Shown: positions 47,569 to 55,995, counted from the first letter of the stretch. The stretch is 64,000 nucleotides of DNA from Oscillospiraceae bacterium (GCA_015066005.1 SVPF01000002.1:36923-100922); one strand, 5' to 3'. The notes: generated by a model from the letters alone, not told the origin. A program made the numbers and translations.

Positions 47569-47921
47569 ATATCCTCCGAAATTTTCCAAAAGTATTTGCG
47601 GTTACAAACGGGAAAATCGTTCATAACACCGTGCTCGGGGTCGTAAAAGGTGCCTTTATAATAAAGTGACCAATGCCAACACCGTGGGGTTTCAAGGCTT
47701 AAAAGCGCAATTTCGGGCAGGTCGGTTTTACTGCTTGCCAAAAGCCGCGGGTTTTCAACCTTAAAGCCGTTATTGTTTAAAAAAGAAACCATTTCACAAA
47801 GGCGTGTTTCTTTTTCATTATTAAGTGTTTTTACCACATCGTCAACCGTTTTTTGCGTAAGCATTGCCAACACAGCTTGTCCGCATTGAAGAGGTGTGGG
47901 TTCGTGAATGTAATTTATCAT
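47562..47921 (-). CDS. Small papain-like (peptidase C39-like) domain protein
   Basis: 119 aa. 'PLQCGQAVLAML' gives the Gln/Cys pair and 'CWHWSLYYKGTFYDPEHG' gives the His...Asp pair, with spacing as in C39-like domains. It overlaps the upstream gene by 4 nt and sufC by 7 nt. Confidence 0.45.
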   Translation of the reverse strand: MINYIHEPTPLQCGQAVLAMLTQKTVDDVVKTLNNEKETRLCEMVSFLNNNGFKVENPRLLASSKTDLPEIALLSLETPRCWHWSLYYKGTFYDPEHGVMNDFPVCNRKYFWKISEDIC

Positions 47922-48841
47922 ATATTAGCCAATTTTTCAGCCAGCAATATCATTGCGGGCATTGTTATAAGAGATAATAATGTGCTAAGGGAAACAAGGT
48001 TAACCGAAAGCTCGGTATCGCGATTGTATTTAGAAGAAAACATTGTTGTAACAGCGGCAACGGGCGCACTGCAGCAAATTGCTTGGGATATAAGCATATC
48101 GCCTTTAACACCGCAAAGCCACATAACTATAATTGCGGCGGCAGGGTAAATAATAAGCCTTAACAAAATGGCAAAAATGCACTTTATATCAGTAATACCC
48201 TTCAGTACATTCGAGCTTGCAAGGTGAAAGCCGATAATTATCATCGGAAGCGGTGTGTTAAGGGCCGCAAGCATAGAAACGGGCTCACTTAAGACCTTGG
48301 GTACGGGAATGGATAAAAGGAAAACCGCCAAACCGATTATAAGCGCTAAAATTGCAGGGCGGGTAATAATTTTAAGGGGCTTTAGGGTTTTCTTGTCGCC
48401 GCTCATTAAAAGCAGTCCCCAGCTCCAAACAAATGCGTTAAAAATTGCTACAAAGGACGAGCCTAAAAACACGCCGTTATCACCAAGTAATGCCTGCTGC
48501 AGCGGAATTGCCATAAACCCGCAATTAGAAAAAACGGCGGCATATTGCAGCACTATCCGGCGGTCTTTGCTTTTATCCCTTAAAAGCAGCATACTTAAGG
48601 CAATAAATGCAAGGTGAAGTAAAATACCCAATAAAAAGCTTATAAGCAGGTCTTTAAGGTCGGACCTGTTAAATTCACGGAAAAAGGATTTAACAATAAC
48701 ACAAGGGGTAACCAAAATTAACACAAGGTCGGTCATACTGCTTACACTTTTGTCATTGAGCACCCTTGTTTTTGCAAGGGCAAAGCCTATTAGTATAAGC
48801 ACAAACAGTATAACCACTTGGGTTAATACATTTATAAACAT
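47918..48841 (-). CDS. AEC (auxin efflux carrier) family transporter
   Basis: About 10 TM segments, 307 aa, with an N-terminus typical of the AEC/membrane-transport family. Confidence 0.85.
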   Translation of the reverse strand: MFINVLTQVVILFVLILIGFALAKTRVLNDKSVSSMTDLVLILVTPCVIVKSFFREFNRSDLKDLLISFLLGILLHLAFIALSMLLLRDKSKDRRIVLQYAAVFSNCGFMAIPLQQALLGDNGVFLGSSFVAIFNAFVWSWGLLLMSGDKKTLKPLKIITRPAILALIIGLAVFLLSIPVPKVLSEPVSMLAALNTPLPMIIIGFHLASSNVLKGITDIKCIFAILLRLIIYPAAAIIVMWLCGVKGDMLISQAICCSAPVAAVTTMFSSKYNRDTELSVNLVSLSTLLSLITMPAMILLAEKLANI

Positions 48842-50340
48842 TATTTCACGCTTTCTATAAACTTCATAAAGGCCTTTTGACCCTTCTCGTCGCGCTTATA
48901 AACGCCTGCGTCTTCAAGCACCTTTGAGAAAACAAGGCCAATTTCTGCCTTAATAATACCGTCAATATTATCGGCATTTATATCATTATATTTTGCCTTA
49001 ATTTCTTCAGCCCATTCAGCGTGTTTTGAAAGTGCTTCGTCGTTTGTAATGTCACGTCCCTCTAAAATGGCGGTTTGAAGTCCTGCCATTTCTTGCTTTA
49101 AGCGGCCGGGAAGTACCGCAAGGCCCATAACCTCAATAAGACCGATGTTTTCCTTTTTAATGTGGTGATATTCCTGATGGGGATGGTAAACACCTAAGGG
49201 GAATTCCTCGGTGGTGATGTTGTTACGAAGAACAATATCAAGCTCAAAATCTTCACCGCGTCTGCGGGCAATAGGTGTGACAGCATTGTGGGGCTCGCCA
49301 TCAGTTTCTGCAAAAATGAAAGCATCCTCATCGGTATAGCTTTCCCAAGCGGTTAAAATTTTACCGCCAAGCTCAATTACACGCTCGGGGTTTGCGCCTG
49401 TAATACGTATAACCGACATAGGCCATTTTACAATACCTGTTTTAAGGTCTTCAAAGCCTTCAAAGGTGATTTCCTTTTCGATGGGGGCCTTTGTCATAGC
49501 AAAGGTGTAGTGACCGCCCTGATAATGCTCGTGCGAAAGGATAGAGCCGCCAACAATGGGAAGACCTGCATTCGAGCCAATAAAGTAATGGGGGAAGACA
49601 GTAACAAATTCAATAATTTTGCGAAGGGTGGTAATATCAACCTTCATCGGAATATGCTCGCCGTTATAAACAATGCAATGCTCGTTGTAGTAAACGTAGG
49701 GTGAATATTGCAAAAACCATTTATCACCGTCAAGTGTAATGGGAATAATGCGGTGGTTTTGACGTGCGGGGAAGTTAATACGGCCCGCATAGCCTTCACA
49801 TTCCTTGCAAAGCGCGCACTTGGGGTAGCCCGACTGCGGCGCATTTTTAGCCGCCATAATAGATTTCAAATCCTTTTCAGGCTTTGAAAGGTTAACCGTA
49901 ATATCCATTTGGCCGTATTCGGTGTCGGCAAGCCACTTAAGGTCCTTTGCTACACGGTAGCGGCGTATGTAGTCACTATCACAGCTTAAATTATAGTAAT
50001 AATCGGTAGCGGCTTCGGGGGATTCCTTATATAAAGCATTAAATTTTGCAATAACCTCGCTGGGTCTTGGCATTAAAGCCGACATAAGCTTAGTATCAAA
50101 AAGGTCGCGTTCGGTAATGTTGTCATCAATTAAGCCTTTTTCAACCGCAAAATCAAGAAGCTCTTTTAGGGTTTCTTCCAAATTTACATCCTCAAAAGCC
50201 TCATCGCATTCAAAGCTGTCAAGCTTTAAAATCTCTAAAATACGGTTGGTTACAAAAATTTCATCCTCTTTTGCAAAAAGGTTTTTGGCAAGACCGTAGC
50301 ATACTAATTTTTTAATACTTTTGTTAATCACAAAAATCAT
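48841..50340 (-). CDS. galT: Galactose-1-phosphate uridylyltransferase (type 2, Firmicute-type)
   Basis: About 499 aa and full length against long-form GalT. The true start may be the GTG at 50331, which is better spaced from AGGGAG. Confidence 0.9.
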   Translation of the reverse strand: MIFVINKSIKKLVCYGLAKNLFAKEDEIFVTNRILEILKLDSFECDEAFEDVNLEETLKELLDFAVEKGLIDDNITERDLFDTKLMSALMPRPSEVIAKFNALYKESPEAATDYYYNLSCDSDYIRRYRVAKDLKWLADTEYGQMDITVNLSKPEKDLKSIMAAKNAPQSGYPKCALCKECEGYAGRINFPARQNHRIIPITLDGDKWFLQYSPYVYYNEHCIVYNGEHIPMKVDITTLRKIIEFVTVFPHYFIGSNAGLPIVGGSILSHEHYQGGHYTFAMTKAPIEKEITFEGFEDLKTGIVKWPMSVIRITGANPERVIELGGKILTAWESYTDEDAFIFAETDGEPHNAVTPIARRRGEDFELDIVLRNNITTEEFPLGVYHPHQEYHHIKKENIGLIEVMGLAVLPGRLKQEMAGLQTAILEGRDITNDEALSKHAEWAEEIKAKYNDINADNIDGIIKAEIGLVFSKVLEDAGVYKRDEKGQKAFMKFIESVK

Positions 50341-50356
50341 CTCCCTTTAACATAAA

Positions 50357-50386
50357 ATTATACTATATTTGACACATAATTGTCAA
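50357..50386 (-). promoter_or_regulatory. Sigma-A-type promoter of the galT operon, with a palindrome over the -35
   Basis: The minus strand reads TTGACA, 18-nt spacer, TATAAT. TTGACA-attatg-TGTCAA is a perfect 6+6 inverted repeat (50369-50386). Confidence 0.45.
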
Positions 50387-50490
50387 TGTAATAAAGATAA
50401 AAAGATATAATTTGTGTGGACTGCTTATTACCGTTTTTGTTATGCCGTAAAAATATATTATATTTCACAGCAAGTAAATTGTTTAATTGA

Positions 50491-50519
50491 TTGACAAACC
50501 AATTCTACTAAAATATAAT
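50491..50519 (+). promoter_or_regulatory. Sigma-A-type promoter upstream of the MBOAT cluster
   Basis: TTGACA (50491-50496), 17-nt spacer, TATAAT (50514-50519). Confidence 0.5.
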
Positions 50520-50653
50520 ATACTCAAATTTTACATAAACGCTTTAATTATTAACAGATATTCGCAAAAATATCGCATTTGTGTGATATGCGATGTATGG
50601 TATAATTACTGTGAAAGAGAATATATCAAAAAGCTTGGGCAAGGGGGACAATT

Positions 50654-52060
50654 ATGGTATTTTCATCAATTGAATTTTTATACCTTTATTTACCGTTAGC
50701 CTCGTTTATTTATTTTATAATTCCCGCCAAATATTTAAGTCTTCGCAACCTTGCTTTATTGGTGTTAAGTCTTGTTTTTTACGGTTGGGGCGAGCCCGTT
50801 TATATTTTTATAATGTTCTTTTCAATTGCGGTGGATTATATTTGCGGCTATTTGGTTGCCAAAAACCGTGAAGCAAATCCTAAAAAAGCAAAAATCGCAA
50901 TGATTGCAAGCGTGGTATTGAATTTAAGCGTTTTGGGCTTTTTTAAATATTTTGATTTTATAATTGAAAATTTGGCGCTTATTCCAATTTTTTCATCCTT
51001 AAAACCGCTTGGAATAGCTTTACCGATAGGTATTTCGTTTTATACCTTTCAAACTATGTCTTACACGCTTGATATTTATTTAGGTAAAGCAAAGGTGCAA
51101 AAAAACATCTTTTCCTTTGGGTCGTATGTTACTATGTTTCCACAGCTTATTGCGGGGCCAATAGTAAGGTATGGCGATGTTGATGAACAGCTTCGGTATA
51201 GAAAGCATAGCTTTGAAAAGGCATCAAGCGGAATACTTCGTTTTATTTGCGGCTTGGCTAAAAAGGTTTTGCTTGCTAACACAGCGGGCGCGGTCTACAG
51301 TCAGTTAGCCTTGTCGGCTAGTGAAACACCAAGTATGCTGTCAAGCTGGCTTGCGCTTATATTCTTTTCCTTCCAAATTTATTTTGACTTTTCGGGCTAT
51401 TCCGATATGGCAATCGGTCTCGGTCGTATTATGGGGTTTGAATTTAATGAAAATTTTGATTACCCGTATATCTCAAAAAGTATTACAGAATTTTGGCGGC
51501 GTTGGCATATAAGCCTTTCCTCGTGGTTTAAGGAATATGTTTACATACCTTTAGGCGGCAACCGAAAGGGGTTGGGTCGCACCGTAATAAACCTTTTAAT
51601 AGTTTGGTTTTTAACGGGGCTTTGGCACGGCGCTTCGTGGAATTTTATTATTTGGGGACTTTACTTCTTCCTGCTGCTTGTAATTGAAAAGTTCTTCCTT
51701 TTAAAAGTTCTTCAAAAGCTTCCTAAATTTATATCACACATATATTCACTTTTGTTTGTAGTGTTCGGCTGGTATATTTTTATTGCTTGCGATTTAACGG
51801 CACCCTTTGAATTTTTAAAAGCAATGTTCACAGCGCCCATAGCTTCCGACTTATCGTTGTACGAGCTGTTGCGAAACATAGCTTTCATAGTGGTTTTGTG
51901 TGTTGCCGCAACACCCTTACCTAATAAAGTTTATTCAAAAATAAAGGACAAGGCAATAGCCAAGGTTATAATTTTTATTGCGGCAATTACACTTTTGCTT
52001 ATTTGCACGGCTTATATAGTCGATTCATCCTATAATCCGTTTTTATATTTTCGTTTTTAA
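50654..52060 (+). CDS. MBOAT family O-acyltransferase (AlgI/DltB/PatA-like)
   Basis: Polytopic, 468 aa, with the conserved 'FWRRWHISLSSW' catalytic-His region. Confidence 0.92.
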   Translation: MVFSSIEFLYLYLPLASFIYFIIPAKYLSLRNLALLVLSLVFYGWGEPVYIFIMFFSIAVDYICGYLVAKNREANPKKAKIAMIASVVLNLSVLGFFKYFDFIIENLALIPIFSSLKPLGIALPIGISFYTFQTMSYTLDIYLGKAKVQKNIFSFGSYVTMFPQLIAGPIVRYGDVDEQLRYRKHSFEKASSGILRFICGLAKKVLLANTAGAVYSQLALSASETPSMLSSWLALIFFSFQIYFDFSGYSDMAIGLGRIMGFEFNENFDYPYISKSITEFWRRWHISLSSWFKEYVYIPLGGNRKGLGRTVINLLIVWFLTGLWHGASWNFIIWGLYFFLLLVIEKFFLLKVLQKLPKFISHIYSLLFVVFGWYIFIACDLTAPFEFLKAMFTAPIASDLSLYELLRNIAFIVVLCVAATPLPNKVYSKIKDKAIAKVIIFIAAITLLLICTAYIVDSSYNPFLYFRF

Positions 52061-52081
52061 ATTTTGAAAGGAGACCTTTAA

Positions 52082-53590
52082 ATGAAAAATACACGTTTAA
52101 TTAAAACAATTGCACTGTTTTTGGTAATCAGCATTTTAACAGTCGCATTTATGGGCGGCTGTAAAAATAAAACAAATTCCAAGCCCGACGATGTAAGCGG
52201 CACGGTTTCGGGAAATAACTCCGAGCTTCAAAATTCAAACGATGAATCAAATAATTCTTCAGGTGACTCTTCGGGTAATTCTTCGGTTAATAAGCCAAGT
52301 AAGCCGCAGAACACCGAAGATAAAAACAATTCAAGCACAAACCAAAGCACCACTGAGGTTAAAATAAGCGATATGCCAACCGTTACTGTTGGCGCACAGG
52401 TAGCGCCCGGTGTTTGCATCGTTGCAGGTACCTGCCCAAAGGGGACTGAATATGTAACAGTTAAGGGCCCCGGTGTTACAACCACTAAAATTGTGCCCTT
52501 TGCAGGCGAGCTTAACGATTTTTATATGGGTCAGGTAAAAATTGATATGGCAGGCAATGTAGAGGTTACAGCCAAGGAAAAGGGTAAGGCTGAATCATAC
52601 GGTGCTTATAGGTATGTTAATTTTACTTATGGCTTTAACGGCAATTATATGGAAGCCCACGAATATCGCCCCGTTATCGGTCTTAACAGCCGCGCACATT
52701 TTTACAGCGCGCTTTTAAGCTATACCCTTTCTTCAAATAAAGTAAACTCTGACGTGCGTTCACAGGCGCAAACCAATATTAAAAGCTTGGTTGATAAGGC
52801 TTCGGACGTAGGTGCTGAAACTATATTCTTAATAATTCCGTCTTCAGCACAAATTTACCCCGAAACCGTACCTGCAGGTTACACTAAAACCGGTGGCGAA
52901 ACAATATATGAGGCTTTTGAAAAAATTGCAACTCAGGCGGGGGCTAAGGTTATTTATCCGCTTGATACAATGAAAAAGCATAAAAACGACGGTAAGGGTT
53001 ATCAGCTTTATCAGTACACCGATTCGCATTGGTCAACCTACGGCGCATATTGGGGCACCTACGATTTATTTAACTATATTGCAAAAGCTCATCCTGCTGC
53101 AAAGCCTCGCACCGTTAAGGAAATGGGCTTCTACACAAAAGAGCTTTGCGGCGGCGACGCGGTATTTAATTTCCCGTCAGGTATAGGCTTTGACACCAAT
53201 ACAGCTTCGGGCATTACCTCCAAAACAAAAATTAAAGAATTAACCACCCTGTATAATTTAAAAACAAGCTCAAATACATTAAGTGCGGTTTATCACAACA
53301 ACGTGGGACTTTATCTTACCGATGCAAATGCTGATGCAAGAAGGGTATATAATAATACCCCTTCGGGACTTCCTAATGCAGTTATTATGCGGGACTCCTT
53401 CGGCAAGGTTGCTCTTGATTTAGTAAGTGACCGCTTTGCAACTGCTTGTTGGGGCCAGTCTAATAATTATAACTTCCCGTCAGGCTGGCAAAATACCAAT
53501 CCCGATTATGTAATTCATCTTTATTCTGAAAGAAACCTGTTTAAAATTATGCTTGCAAATTCAAACGCAAGTATAGTCAACTTCAAATAA
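52082..53590 (+). CDS. Lipoprotein with an AlgJ/AlgX-like (SGNH-like, DHHW-related) domain
   Basis: Lipobox 'FMGGC', a Ser/Asn-rich linker, then a 'YQYTDSHWSTYGAYWG' (D-x-H-W) catalytic-type motif. Confidence 0.7.
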   Translation: MKNTRLIKTIALFLVISILTVAFMGGCKNKTNSKPDDVSGTVSGNNSELQNSNDESNNSSGDSSGNSSVNKPSKPQNTEDKNNSSTNQSTTEVKISDMPTVTVGAQVAPGVCIVAGTCPKGTEYVTVKGPGVTTTKIVPFAGELNDFYMGQVKIDMAGNVEVTAKEKGKAESYGAYRYVNFTYGFNGNYMEAHEYRPVIGLNSRAHFYSALLSYTLSSNKVNSDVRSQAQTNIKSLVDKASDVGAETIFLIIPSSAQIYPETVPAGYTKTGGETIYEAFEKIATQAGAKVIYPLDTMKKHKNDGKGYQLYQYTDSHWSTYGAYWGTYDLFNYIAKAHPAAKPRTVKEMGFYTKELCGGDAVFNFPSGIGFDTNTASGITSKTKIKELTTLYNLKTSSNTLSAVYHNNVGLYLTDANADARRVYNNTPSGLPNAVIMRDSFGKVALDLVSDRFATACWGQSNNYNFPSGWQNTNPDYVIHLYSERNLFKIMLANSNASIVNFK

Positions 53591-53594
53591 AGCT

Positions 53595-54704
53595 ATGAAA
53601 AATATTTTTGAAAAAAGCATTGTTATAGTTAGCGCCTTGCTAATTACCGTTTTGGCGGCGCTTATTATAATAATACCCGATAAGGAAATTTCACAAAAAG
53701 AAAACCGTGCCTTACAGCAGGCGCCAAGCTTTACTTTTGAAAAGCTGAAAAGCGGTGAATTTACCGAACAAATTTCGCGTTATCTTACCGACCAATTTCC
53801 TTTTAGGGACGGCTTTGTGTCATTAAAGGCATATTGCGAATTGGCACTTTTAAAACAGGAAAATAACGGTGTTGTTTACGGCAAAGACGGAGTTTTAATT
53901 CCACGCGGCGATATTACTGATGACAGGCTAGGAGAAAATCTAAACTGTATAAATAATTTTGCAAACGCTATCGGTAAAGCGGTTGTAATAGCGCCGTTAC
54001 CAAGAACGGTTGATGTATATTCTGCTAATTTGCCAAATGCATATCCTTACGAAAATGAAGCAAAAATATGGGATAAGCTGTTTAAAGAAACCAATGCGTC
54101 AGGTATAAATATATCGGATTTGCGCGAAACGCTTTACAAAGATGGCACTTATTATAAAACAGACCATCATTACACCACAAAGGGTGCATATCTTACATAT
54201 TGCGCCTTGGGTAAAGAATTGGGCTTTAAGCCTAAAGATGAAGCTTATTTTAAAACAGAAACCGTAACAAAGGAATTTTGCGGTACTTCAATGCGAAGCT
54301 CGGGCTTTTACCTTGCGCCAAAGGATGAAATCAAACTTTACCGTTATGAAAATGATACCGAATACAGCATAACTGCCGATAATAAGCAAATAGGAATGTA
54401 TGATTTCGAAAAGCTTAATTCGGTTGATAAGTATGCGGTATTTTTGGGCGGCAATCACGCGAGGGTTGATATAACCAACAAACAGCAGGGCAGGGAAAAG
54501 CTGCTTATTATAAGGGATAGCTTTGCCGACAGCATTGCACCATTTCTTGCAATTCATTATGATTTAACCCTCATTGATTTGCGTTATTATACCGACAGTG
54601 TAAAACAACTGGTTGAAACCGAGGGTATAGATAAGGTTTTGGTTTTGCAAAGCATTTCTGAACTTTCAACCGCTAAAAACATTTCTATTTTACAAATGCC
54701 TTAG
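53595..54704 (+). CDS. DHHW family protein (AlgJ/AlgX-like)
   Basis: N-terminal TM anchor, 'YYKTDHHYTTKGAY' motif and 'IIRDSF'. Confidence 0.75.
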   Translation: MKNIFEKSIVIVSALLITVLAALIIIIPDKEISQKENRALQQAPSFTFEKLKSGEFTEQISRYLTDQFPFRDGFVSLKAYCELALLKQENNGVVYGKDGVLIPRGDITDDRLGENLNCINNFANAIGKAVVIAPLPRTVDVYSANLPNAYPYENEAKIWDKLFKETNASGINISDLRETLYKDGTYYKTDHHYTTKGAYLTYCALGKELGFKPKDEAYFKTETVTKEFCGTSMRSSGFYLAPKDEIKLYRYENDTEYSITADNKQIGMYDFEKLNSVDKYAVFLGGNHARVDITNKQQGREKLLIIRDSFADSIAPFLAIHYDLTLIDLRYYTDSVKQLVETEGIDKVLVLQSISELSTAKNISILQMP

Positions 54705-54713
54705 GGGGATTAT

Positions 54714-55223
54714 ATGAAAAAAATAATTGTATTGTTAATGGCTTTAACACTGCTTTTTACTGTGGGCTGCGGCGGCGAAAAAAGCTTTCCCGATAATCTT
54801 TCGTGTGAAGATATCGTTGCGGCTTATCAGTCGGCAGGCGAAAAGCCTGAATATGAAAAGTTTTATCGCAAGTCGGAAAATAATCTGGATGCTTTTTCAA
54901 TGTCACTTTGGGCGGACGGTTCGTTCCAGGAATGCGATGAATTAGAATTATTAGAAGATTATGCAATATATTTAGGCTCGGGCGCTGATACTTACGAGGT
55001 TACGGTATTAAAGGCCAAAAATGAAGCCGACACCGAAAAATTGATTGATTTAATTAAACGCCGCAAGAAAACACTAGAAAACGGCGACAAGGGTATGTAC
55101 GATCAAAGCTTTGAAACCAAAATGGCAAATTCGGTTGTAAAAACCGATGGTAAATTTGTTATTTTCTTAATTACCGATGATAACGATGCGGCAATAAAGG
55201 CTGCAGAAAAGCTTAAGGAATAA
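54714..55223 (+). CDS. DUF4358-like lipoprotein
   Basis: Lipobox 'FTVGC', 169 aa, in the usual position next to DHHW genes. Confidence 0.6.
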   Translation: MKKIIVLLMALTLLFTVGCGGEKSFPDNLSCEDIVAAYQSAGEKPEYEKFYRKSENNLDAFSMSLWADGSFQECDELELLEDYAIYLGSGADTYEVTVLKAKNEADTEKLIDLIKRRKKTLENGDKGMYDQSFETKMANSVVKTDGKFVIFLITDDNDAAIKAAEKLKE

Positions 55224-55227
55224 TTCA

Positions 55228-55263
55228 AAAGGCGGTCACTGTGGCGACCGCCTTTGAATTTTA
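55228..55263 (+). terminator. Rho-independent terminator after the acylation cluster
   Basis: AAAGGCGGTC-actgtg-GCGACCGCCTTT followed by GAATTTT. Confidence 0.65.
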
Positions 55264-55311
55264 TTGCCTTCTTTTGTGTGGTGTGTTAAAATGTATTTGG
55301 GTGATGTTATG

Positions 55312-55773
55312 AAAAAGGCGAAAAATATTGTTTTACTTATTGGTATAATTTTAAATTTGCTTTATATCTTGTTGCAACTTTTCAGGTTTGTTTACGATTG
55401 TGTTACTGTCGTGCTTCAATTTGGTTTTGACAACTTGAGATATTTCGTATATAATGATTTTTTTCCAAGCTTAATAACCGTTGCTATAATGCTTTTGCCA
55501 GTGATTTTACTTATTTTAAACCTTAAAAACAAAGCCGGCAAAGTTTTGCCGATTATTTCGGCGGTGATGTGTGGTGCAATTGCTCTGTGGATGGTGTTTT
55601 CATTTATAACCCCTGCAATTCCGCAGTATCTTATTTACAGCAAATTAGGGCTTGTTGATACATATTTTACAATTATATTGCATTTTATCACAAGCGGTGG
55701 AATCTTGCTTTTCACGGGCTTTGCGCTTTTGACGGTTGGTAGCATAATGTCGCTCATTAAAAGCAAAGAATAG
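55312..55773 (+). CDS. Hypothetical integral membrane protein (4-5 TM)
   Basis: Hydrophobic throughout. I prefer the ATG at 55312 because the track's start at 55264 lies in the terminator tail. Confidence 0.6.
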   Translation, partial: KKAKNIVLLIGIILNLLYILLQLFRFVYDCVTVVLQFGFDNLRYFVYNDFFPSLITVAIMLLPVILLILNLKNKAGKVLPIISAVMCGAIALWMVFSFITPAIPQYLIYSKLGLVDTYFTIILHFITSGGILLFTGFALLTVGSIMSLIKSKE

Positions 55774-55776
55774 ATT

Positions 55777-55995
55777 GGGGTTTATCGCTTGCGCGAGTGA
55801 AGAGTTAAAAGTTAAGAGTGAAGAGGTTCGGTGTCGCTTCGCGACGGATTAAAATTGTTGATTTTATTAATTTAATTGTATATTCGTAGGGGCGATTCAC
55901 GAATCGCCCGTCTGTACATAGCTGTAATTTACGGACAATTCGTGAATTGTCCCTACGATGTGCCGCCAATTTAACTAAGCGATAAACTATAATTT
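55777..55995 (+). repeat. Intergenic modular repeat, copy C
   Basis: It starts 4 nt after the preceding stop codon. The ends GTTTATCGCTT / AAGCGATAAAC form the best terminal inverted repeat of the three copies. Twin mirrored hairpins lie at 55890-55909 and 55933-55952. Confidence 0.75.

Noticed and set aside
50487-50699. A 70-aa ORF upstream of and overlapping the MBOAT gene, and ORF 56014..56271, which overlaps the rplU leader.
   Set aside because: Both begin inside promoter hexamers and overlap the starts of well-supported genes in another frame. Both have low-complexity sequence.
15771-55995. Whether the three repeat copies could be a CRISPR array or a riboswitch/leader family.
   Set aside because: The copies are 12-28 kb apart, are 220-300 nt long and have no regular spacers, so they are not CRISPR. 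Their flanking gene orientation differs (divergent, convergent, tandem) and one copy sits between two terminators, so they are not a gene-specific 5' leader.
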